DNA from: Rikenellaceae bacterium
GTDB lineage: Bacteria; Bacteroidota; Bacteroidia; Bacteroidales; Rikenellaceae
DNA length: 64,000 bases
NCBI GenBank assembly: GCA_020859685.1
Contig: JAJBVT010000053.1
Location: forward strand, 11,809 to 75,808
Direction of reading: 5' to 3'
Of this stretch, positions 1 to 7,164 are shown in pieces. The translations under genes were made by a program, and so were the position numbers. Within the stretch, counting starts at the first letter, position 1. Each line of letters begins with the position of its first letter. The notes under the pieces are model-generated. The model searched no databases, was not told the DNA's origin, and saw only the letters and a list, made by a program, of their open reading frames with translations.

Positions 1-684
1 TTCATACAGTTGATAACGCAGCATACCGCTCAGGTTCATTATCATGTCCTCGGCAAGTCTCGGCTTATTCTGGCAAACGGCGGAGGCCGAACGCAAGGTA
101 TTGAATAAAAGTCCAGGATTAAGTTGGTCCTTCAGGACCGAAAGCTCGGTGGCGAGTTTCCTGTTCTGTAAACGGGCTATCTCCCTGTCTTCTGTAACCC
201 AATTTTTCAATAATATGGATACGGCTATTCCCGTAAAGCATATAAAATACATCACGAAATCCATAAGGGATACCACCAGGAGCGTGAAAGAAATCCCCTC
301 ACCGCTTACATTGGGTATATTCCACCACCGTGATACCGCATAATTCTGCCCCCAGAGAAGCACGATAGCCGCGGTTACGGTAAGGAAAGAGATCAAAAAA
401 TACTTCCCGTATTTTTTCCGGAGCATATATCGCGGTACAAGAACCGTTGCATGAACTATTCCACCGCCGATAAAAACCAGGGAAGTGAAGAGCACTATCA
501 GGTAAAATCCATTTCCGAGCAGGGGACGGTACCGTATAAAAATATATTCGTTCTGATTCAGCGCGACTGCGGCTATTGCGAGAATCAACAGGGCATACCT
601 TGATTTCCTGAACCGCGGGGCGGTCAAAAATTCGGTGATAAAATTCCCATCGCTGTGGCGGGCGCCTTCAATCATATTACCCAT
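1..684 (-). CDS. Sensor histidine kinase, LytS/YehU type (N-terminal part; gene runs off the window start)
   Basis: Own minus-strand translation from the ATG at 684: MGNMIEGARHSDG..., several hydrophobic TM segments, then ...LKDQLNPGLLFNTLRSA...MLRYQLYE, which matches the His_kinase (LytS-type) box. Absent from the ORF track because no stop lies inside the window. Confidence 0.6.
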   Translation of the reverse strand, partial: MGNMIEGARHSDGNFITEFLTAPRFRKSRYALLILAIAAVALNQNEYIFIRYRPLLGNGFYLIVLFTSLVFIGGGIVHATVLVPRYMLRKKYGKYFLISFLTVTAAIVLLWGQNYAVSRWWNIPNVSGEGISFTLLVVSLMDFVMYFICFTGIAVSILLKNWVTEDREIARLQNRKLATELSVLKDQLNPGLLFNTLRSASAVCQNKPRLAEDMIMNLSGMLRYQLYE

Positions 685-722
685 AGAATCCGCTAAATTA
701 AAACATAATCGTTCATGCCCGG

Positions 723-3107
723 CTAAAACTGTATTTTGTAACTTATATTGGGAATTGAGGTGGCGCTAAACATTTTGTCTATATTACCTGTTTTCAGGTT
801 ATATGAATCTCCGTAATATTCCTTATAGCGAGTCGCATTCAGCATTTTGAGAGCAAACTCATGGGCGACCTTGCGGCGGTTGAGAGTATAACTGATATTG
901 AAATTTGCAAGGAATACAGGGTCAAGTTGTTTAGAAAAAGCACGGTCGGTGTCATATACGACACTCAGATCCGGTTGGGCAAGGGTTGCATCTATATCTA
1001 CCGGAGTATAACGTTCGCCGCCCTGAAATGTTAATTTTACATTTACACTTAGGATATTCTCTTTTTTCCGTCCTAACATCCATTCCTTGCCCCCGAGTAT
1101 ATTAAAAATATAGTTCCTGTTGTATCGGGTATCCCTCCATACGTCGTCGCCGCCACGGTACTCCGATTGAAAGAGGGATAAGGTAGCCATATAATAAAAC
1201 CCGCGGTGAAGGTATCTTTCCAGGGTCAGATCAATGCCGTAATTGCGGCCGTTCCCTTTATTGACAAAAGGATTTTCCACAAAGAAATCATTACGGTTTA
1301 TTGTCGATTCGGAATTGCCTTCAACTACCAGTACATTAAAAAGATACTGGTAAAAGGGTTCCACGCGGAAATGTATGCGGTCTGAAATATCGTATCCGAA
1401 CGAAAGCAGCAGGTGGTGGGCTTTAGTAAAGCCGAGGTTCCGATTGACATCGTTGCTGCCCGTCTGCGGTGTTCGCACATAATAAACATCCATTTTCTCC
1501 ATCCGGCTGTGCAGTCCGTAAGAGAATGCCAAAGAACTTTTACGTCCCGACCTCCATTTGACACTTGCCCGGGGTTCTATACTTTTGGTATCGTTCAGGG
1601 TTAAAATCTGTCCGTAAACTCCGGCATTGAAGGTTAAACGGTCTTTGAGGGATATTGAGGACAGGGAGTAGGCAGAGATTAGGTTCGTCGATCCGTCCCC
1701 TTTCGATATGTTTTCCAGCGGGTCGCCAATGAAGGGTGCCATATCCATAAACATATCGTAATACATCCTTGTGAAGGTAAAGCCCGTTTTATTGGTATGA
1801 CGGGCACCGAATTTTTTCGTGTAGGCAGAGGTCAGGATAAGATTGGTGCTTTGCCTGTCCAGATCGAGATAAGGGGACTTTACAAGGTCGTCGTCATAGC
1901 TGTTTTCGTACCCTTTATGCCTGGAATAGGTCACCGCGAATGTGGTTTTGAGAACCGATTGATTGCGGAAAAGGTAACGGTTGGAAATACCGGCGGCCCC
2001 CATCGACTGTTTCATATTGGAAGCCATCCGGTCGTGCAGGTGTTCCCACTTTTCCCTGTCTTCGGATGTCTCATCGTATTTGTCAATTAAACCTGTTACC
2101 CATACTGAAAAAGTCCCGGTAACCCTCGTAGGAAAATTCATTTTAAGGTTCAGGTCCTGATAATCGAAAGCGCCGCCCAGCTCCTGACTTTTATCCAGTT
2201 TGGAAATAAGCCCCAGCGTGGAATAGCGGTAATTAAAAATATAAGAGGCGTTACTCTCCTTCCCGAAAGGGCCTTCGGATGCCACGTCTAAACCCAAGAC
2301 ACCTACCTGTACCGTATTTTCATAACTCCGGTTATTGCCGTTACGGAGCTTCATATCAAAAACACCCGATACCGCATTCCCGTATTCGGCAGGGAAAGCA
2401 CCGGTAAAGAAATCCGAATTACCCAGAACATGGCTGCTGAGTGAAGAGAGGATGCCCCCGCCGAGTATGGATATATCGGCGTAATGATTCGGATTCGGTA
2501 TTTCGACGTCTTCCAGCTTCCATTGCAGAAGATGCGGGGCATTACCATGAACGGAGATTCCGTTGTTGGTAACGCTGGGTGAAACTCCGGCGAACGAACT
2601 GACGAGCCGTGCCGGGTCGTCCATTCCGCCGGCATAGCGGCTTGCTTCTTCCACCGAGAACATACGGCCTCCGGCCAGTGCCATCTGGTTCAGCGGCTCC
2701 TGCTTATTCACCCGGGGACGGACTACCACATCTTCCATGCTTTGTATCATCTCATTCATGGAAATCTCGAGAACTACTTCTTTCGCAGATGTAACCAGCA
2801 CTTCTCTTATTACGGCCGGTTCATAACCTACATAGCTCACAATCAGGGTTTGTCTGCCGACCGGAACATCGCTTAAAACGAAATTACCTTCCGGGTCGGT
2901 AACCGTTCCCTTTCCGGCTATTTCCTCGATGGTTATTGTGACGTACGGTAGTGGATGTCCTGACGCAGCATCCGTTACATGTCCCCTGATTGTCTGCACG
3001 GCTCCGCCCGGTTGGTCATTAAATTCATTTAATCGGATACGATCGGAGCCATTGGCCGCAGAATATAAGCATATAGCAGAAAGAATAATTACAGTAAAGT
3101 TTTTCAT
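723..3107 (-). CDS. TonB-dependent outer-membrane receptor with N-terminal carboxypeptidase-regulatory-like domain
   Basis: 794 aa with a signal peptide. CarbopepD_reg-like segment IRGHVTDAASGHPLPYVTITIEE..GNFVLSDVPVG..LIVSYVGYEP, a long beta-barrel-like body, and a C-terminal aromatic residue (..YKIQF). Confidence 0.85.
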   Translation of the reverse strand: MKNFTVIILSAICLYSAANGSDRIRLNEFNDQPGGAVQTIRGHVTDAASGHPLPYVTITIEEIAGKGTVTDPEGNFVLSDVPVGRQTLIVSYVGYEPAVIREVLVTSAKEVVLEISMNEMIQSMEDVVVRPRVNKQEPLNQMALAGGRMFSVEEASRYAGGMDDPARLVSSFAGVSPSVTNNGISVHGNAPHLLQWKLEDVEIPNPNHYADISILGGGILSSLSSHVLGNSDFFTGAFPAEYGNAVSGVFDMKLRNGNNRSYENTVQVGVLGLDVASEGPFGKESNASYIFNYRYSTLGLISKLDKSQELGGAFDYQDLNLKMNFPTRVTGTFSVWVTGLIDKYDETSEDREKWEHLHDRMASNMKQSMGAAGISNRYLFRNQSVLKTTFAVTYSRHKGYENSYDDDLVKSPYLDLDRQSTNLILTSAYTKKFGARHTNKTGFTFTRMYYDMFMDMAPFIGDPLENISKGDGSTNLISAYSLSSISLKDRLTFNAGVYGQILTLNDTKSIEPRASVKWRSGRKSSLAFSYGLHSRMEKMDVYYVRTPQTGSNDVNRNLGFTKAHHLLLSFGYDISDRIHFRVEPFYQYLFNVLVVEGNSESTINRNDFFVENPFVNKGNGRNYGIDLTLERYLHRGFYYMATLSLFQSEYRGGDDVWRDTRYNRNYIFNILGGKEWMLGRKKENILSVNVKLTFQGGERYTPVDIDATLAQPDLSVVYDTDRAFSKQLDPVFLANFNISYTLNRRKVAHEFALKMLNATRYKEYYGDSYNLKTGNIDKMFSATSIPNISYKIQF

Positions 3108-3485
3108 TATTTTGATTTACGGGTTTAATTTCTTTTCCAATATTACTACCCGTAAACCCGCTATGCGGATTTTATCGACTAAACATATCGGTGCATCGAC
3201 GAAACCTGTATCCCTTAAGTATGGTTGTCATACCGCAAGCACTTATCATTCACTTGCCACAAAAATAGCATTAGACTTTACTTCATTTCATTCTTATAAG
3301 TTGCTGTTGCTTTTCGGTGAGTTTCTTTTCCCGTTCCGGCATATTCTGATTACCGGAGGATCTTATCAAATAACCGGGAAAACCACCGATTATTTTCATT
3401 ATCGAATCAATAAATCGGGGTCGTCAAATATGTTTTGAACCTGTCCCGTCCAGACTCATTCGGACGGTTTATAGAACTTTTCAAT

Positions 3486-3758
3486 CTATTTACGGAGTTG
3501 GCAGAACCTGATCCATCCGATGCAGAAAATAAGGATACCGACCGAAATGCAAATCCAGGCCAGAACTTTCCATCGTTCCTTGTGCGCAACCTGAAGAACG
3601 CCTGTTCCGACCGTTATCAGATAGAGAGAGGTCCGTATGTAAGAAAACAGGGTCCGCTCGTTGGCGAGTTTTGTCCGTTCGATGGCGAGGTAATCTCTGG
3701 TTATCAAGTGCTCGTTGAGGTCGGGCAGTTCGCTGAACGGAGAAGGGTTCTTTTGCAT
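3486..3758 (-). CDS. DUF202 (YidH-like) small membrane protein
   Basis: 90 aa. Motif LAIERTKLANERTLFSYIRTSL followed by two TM helices, typical of DUF202. Confidence 0.65.
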   Translation of the reverse strand: MQKNPSPFSELPDLNEHLITRDYLAIERTKLANERTLFSYIRTSLYLITVGTGVLQVAHKERWKVLAWICISVGILIFCIGWIRFCQLRK

Positions 3759-3952
3759 AGCATATTATCTTATATGGTCGGAAAGAGGCCGGATTACAGA
3801 AATCCAATCCCTATCCACCGGCTTCGGTTTAACCCTGATACAACCCTTATGCCGTTAATATATGATTTAACCCGGTTAACACGGTAAGCCGGAGTAAATA
3901 TCAGGGAAAAAGGCTCGCCTTCATCTCACAAAACCCGATAAGCGATAGGTAC

Positions 3953-3984
3953 AAAAAAATACGGGGACCCTCCCGGGCACCCGT
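3953..3984 (-). terminator. Intrinsic terminator closing fimbrial operon 1
   Basis: GC-rich imperfect hairpin ACGGGGACCC-TCCC-GGGCACCCGT (3961-3984). On the minus strand it is followed by a U-run (plus-strand A-run 3953-3960). Confidence 0.6.
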
Positions 3985-4075
3985 ATCTCAACCAATTTTT
4001 AAATGAAAATCAAATTTTTTACATAAAATATTAATAATCAACACTCTTTGCAACTACCCCTAGTACGCAGAGTGT
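3953..4075 (-). ncRNA. Conserved structured 3-prime element, copy 1 of 3 (putative 3-prime-UTR RNA or sRNA)
   Basis: Begins 16 nt after the stop of the 4091-7156 gene. Stem ACACTCT..GC/GCAGAGTGT (4041-4075) encloses the invariant ACTACCCCTAG (4053-4063). Then an AT-rich spacer, TCAACCA (3988-3994) and the terminator. The same layout recurs at 23648-23775 and 52992-53134. Confidence 0.45.
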
Positions 4076-4090
4076 TTTACCTTAGGGTCG

Positions 4091-7000
4091 TCAATAAGCC
4101 GTTACCACGTCGGGAGCGTACCCTCCGCTGTCGATCTGCTGCTGCTCGCCGCTGTCGGGGAACCGTACGCACCGCGTTTTTATATAATAGGGCAGATTTG
4201 TATCCGGCCGTCTCATCGCGTTAGGTTTATACTTATACACCAACTCCCACCTGTTTTCAAATATCTGCACCGTCGACATGTAATCCGTAAAGTAGGAGGG
4301 CATAAAGGTCCAGTATTCCGTGCCGTTGGCCAGCCCGAGTGCCGTATCGCGCTCCTGCGATTTTATCTCCACGAACAGTTTGGCCTCACCGGTATACTCG
4401 TTGCGGCCGTCGCCCCAGAGGTACCATTTTCCCTGCCCACGCACGGGGTCGGACGGATCGCTCCCCTCGTAATACGCCGCACATCCTCCGTTGCTGACGT
4501 CGTAGGTGGGATAGCCGGAAGTGTAATCGTAGAGGTTACCCTGGTCATCGGCATAAATCGCCGTATCGTACCCATGGATCCCCATGGCGGTACTCCAGGA
4601 CATATAATAGGTTTCGAACGGAACAGTGACCATCCCTGTCGTTAAATACTGTGTTTCGAACAGGCAGTCTTCACGGGCCAGAATCCTTCCGGTTTCGGGC
4701 ATCTCGAAGGCAATGGACGGCTGCACATAGGTGGCTATGTTCCCCGAAGCGTTATTCGACTGCTCATAGGCCCATGCTTCCCAACCGTTGTTTACCAGCC
4801 TTCGGTACGATATGGGTACATTACGCGAAAGTATGGTTCGGTTGTACCTGCACAGCAATTCAGTGGCTGTATTGGCGGACACCCAATCGGCGTTCCTGTC
4901 GACCTGCACGTCCTGCGGTCCGAGCCTGACCTCGACCGTTCCGTCGTCGAAATCTCCGGCCACCGTTACCACCACCCTCGCTCCGTCATGTGATATATCG
5001 TTCCTTTCGGTCGTACCGGGATGGTAGATTTTATGAGTAATGCCGTCTATCCGGTAAAAGCCTATCTGTGTGGCCGTCCTCAGGGTGGCCCATGCGGTCC
5101 CGTCGGTCGACCATTGCAAGGCGACACTGCGCGAAGGCTGGTCGTCCCACTGACCGTAGGCCTTTACCGGAACGGAGAGGGTTTGTGTCACCCCGTCGTT
5201 GGCGGCAGGTATCGACAACGGGTCGGTGAGCACCTCGAGCGTACCGACGCTGATGGCCCGGATATAAATTTGCGGCCAGGCACTCCCTGCCACGGTGACG
5301 GAATAGTCAGCCGTTCCCGGCTTTGGCGGTATCGCGCCTCCTTCGGCAAGGTCGGTGCTGATTTCGTATCCGTAACCGGACTGTATATCTTCCCGGAAGA
5401 CGATCCATTTCGAGGTTGCCGGGTCCTCATATTCGAAAACAAGGCTTCGGTCCTCGTCGCTGTCCCGTGCCGGTATGGTAAGGGTAGCGGTACTCGGCAG
5501 GCCTCCGGGCGAGTTGGAGGGCACCGAAGCGGCGTCGATGGCCGTGCTCTCGTACCGGTCCCTTACCCTTACGGGTATATTTGCGGTGAACATACCGGTG
5601 ACTGTTACCGTCCGGGTCTGCCCAGTGGAGGGAATATCCCCGGTGGGGGTGACGGTGGGGAGTTCGATTCCGCCCTGCGATTCCTGCTCTATGGCTACCA
5701 CCACCTCCACTCCGGCCGAGATATGGAGGTATGCCCGGCGGACGGTGAGTCCGCTATTGACCTCTACGGTGTAATTCAGCTCCTGCCCGGTGGAAGGGAG
5801 GGTGGTATTCACCGTTACCCAATCGCACGGGATGTCCGGGTCGGTTTCCGAATCGGAAACTTTAATGCTCCAGCCCGCAGTGTAGTTTGTTTTGATTTTC
5901 AGCGAAGTGGTCCACGGCGAGGCGCTGTAAGGAAGGCGTGTTATTTTTTCGGACAACGCAACGTAGTAGTGTCCGTCCGATATATAGTAGTGCATCTCCG
6001 CGTCATGGTCGACCACCAGCACCACACCGGTATTCTCGGGACCGGCCCCGGCCGCAATATCCGCCGTGGCGTATCCCGCACGGGAAATGCTGTTCACCGT
6101 GAAACCGTAAGTGTGGTTGCGCAGCAGCGGCAGGTACTCGTAATCGCCGGAGGAGTTCGTCGCCGCGATATCCACACGGTAATAGGTAACCGTGCTGCTG
6201 CCGTCGTACAGCCCACCGATTACGAGGTAGGTGTTGTCCGGCCCCGCGGTGGCGTCCCCGGCCGGGGTTTCGAAGGTGTATATTTCGTTGACACACGATT
6301 TGTCGGCGACCTCCGCATCGTCATACTTATAGACAATTGGCTGGCTTACCCGGCCCCAACCGGAGGTTATATGCGGCGCGGTGGCCTTACCCACGGCGGG
6401 GTCTGTGGCCGACGCCCCGGAGGGTTTCCATGTGGCGTCCCAACCTGCCGCTGCGGGAATCGCCGCCCCGCGGTCGGCCGCGTTATAAAGGTGCACCTCC
6501 CTGAGCAGGAAGTTGTCGGCGGCGACATTCACGTTAATGCGCGCGAGCATCCTGTGCATCGTTACGTCCTCGATAACGGTCTGCTTCTCCACCGCACGGC
6601 CCGTTTCCTCGCCCCACATCGGTATTGGGGCGGGAGTTGCAGCATCCCATTTTTGTGAGGATACCACTACGAGACCGCTCGCCAAATCGTTCTTGGTGAA
6701 GGTATTGGAGCCCATACCCGTAACGAAAGCCTCCACCGTGGTGCGCAGATTGGCTATTATGACTATATCGCACGAGGCGGTCTCTTCGAGCCGGGCGGTG
6801 AAACGGTAATCGTTGCCGGATTCGGGGTCGGCGGTTATGGTTTTGGCTTCGGCACGGTACAGGAAATTCCCACCGGAGGGGCCGAACACCAGCACATCGA
6901 CCTCCGTCACCAATCCTTCCTGTGCCGCGGTCATAGCCCGGGTACCGGGGATGGCCGTTTCGGGCGTACCGGTCTGCGGAACCTTTATTTCGAAAGTTAC

Positions 7001-7156
7001 GAATCCATCCTCTTCCGGCAGGGTTTCATCCCCGTAATTATCGCCCTTGATGCAACCCGAAAGATTCATCAGAATACCGGCAAACAGAACGCAAAGCACT
7101 GCCGGCCATCCCTGCCAGCCTGCCGCTCTACTCCTGTATGTACACAATCCGGTCAT
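4091..7156 (-). CDS. Fimbrial tip/accessory adhesin-like lipoprotein (fimbrillin-like N-terminus, BACON-like Ig region, DUF1566-like lectin C-terminus)
   Basis: 1021 aa with lipobox LSGC. N-terminal fimbrillin-like segments (VDVLVFG.., IVIIANL.., PMWGE). BACON-like CDWVTV...RRAYLHISAG...IEQ. C-terminal GGCAAYYEG...TRCVRF. Last gene of an operon of Mfa-type genes. Confidence 0.6.
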   Translation of the reverse strand: MTGLCTYRSRAAGWQGWPAVLCVLFAGILMNLSGCIKGDNYGDETLPEEDGFVTFEIKVPQTGTPETAIPGTRAMTAAQEGLVTEVDVLVFGPSGGNFLYRAEAKTITADPESGNDYRFTARLEETASCDIVIIANLRTTVEAFVTGMGSNTFTKNDLASGLVVVSSQKWDAATPAPIPMWGEETGRAVEKQTVIEDVTMHRMLARINVNVAADNFLLREVHLYNAADRGAAIPAAAGWDATWKPSGASATDPAVGKATAPHITSGWGRVSQPIVYKYDDAEVADKSCVNEIYTFETPAGDATAGPDNTYLVIGGLYDGSSTVTYYRVDIAATNSSGDYEYLPLLRNHTYGFTVNSISRAGYATADIAAGAGPENTGVVLVVDHDAEMHYYISDGHYYVALSEKITRLPYSASPWTTSLKIKTNYTAGWSIKVSDSETDPDIPCDWVTVNTTLPSTGQELNYTVEVNSGLTVRRAYLHISAGVEVVVAIEQESQGGIELPTVTPTGDIPSTGQTRTVTVTGMFTANIPVRVRDRYESTAIDAASVPSNSPGGLPSTATLTIPARDSDEDRSLVFEYEDPATSKWIVFREDIQSGYGYEISTDLAEGGAIPPKPGTADYSVTVAGSAWPQIYIRAISVGTLEVLTDPLSIPAANDGVTQTLSVPVKAYGQWDDQPSRSVALQWSTDGTAWATLRTATQIGFYRIDGITHKIYHPGTTERNDISHDGARVVVTVAGDFDDGTVEVRLGPQDVQVDRNADWVSANTATELLCRYNRTILSRNVPISYRRLVNNGWEAWAYEQSNNASGNIATYVQPSIAFEMPETGRILAREDCLFETQYLTTGMVTVPFETYYMSWSTAMGIHGYDTAIYADDQGNLYDYTSGYPTYDVSNGGCAAYYEGSDPSDPVRGQGKWYLWGDGRNEYTGEAKLFVEIKSQERDTALGLANGTEYWTFMPSYFTDYMSTVQIFENRWELVYKYKPNAMRRPDTNLPYYIKTRCVRFPDSGEQQQIDSGGYAPDVVTAY

Positions 7157-7164
7157 TCTATTAT

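Noticed and set aside
44-343. 99-aa plus-strand ORF at the window start.
   Set aside because: It lies antisense to the minus-strand histidine-kinase reading frame, which has clear TM segments and a His_kinase box.
723-725. Genome-wide reassignment of TAG as a sense codon, to explain the three in-frame TAGs.
   Set aside because: TAG is the terminator of several well-delimited genes here: the TonB receptor (723), the DUF3868 gene (12558), marR (17758-17760), ubiD (20452-20454) and the GH78-like gene (23556-23558). A global recoding therefore does not fit. Only local nonsense mutation or conditional suppression remains possible.
5021-6658. Long ORFs antisense to annotated genes (for example 5021-6658 +, 18946-20043 -, 22539-23615 -, 30107-32086 -, 36858-38222 +, 43914-45371 -, 45796-46791 -, 49803-50738 +, 55978-57090 +).
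   Set aside because: Each lies fully inside a gene on the other strand that has clear family motifs. Their products are Arg/Gly/Pro/His-rich and low in complexity, as expected for shadow frames in GC-rich DNA.
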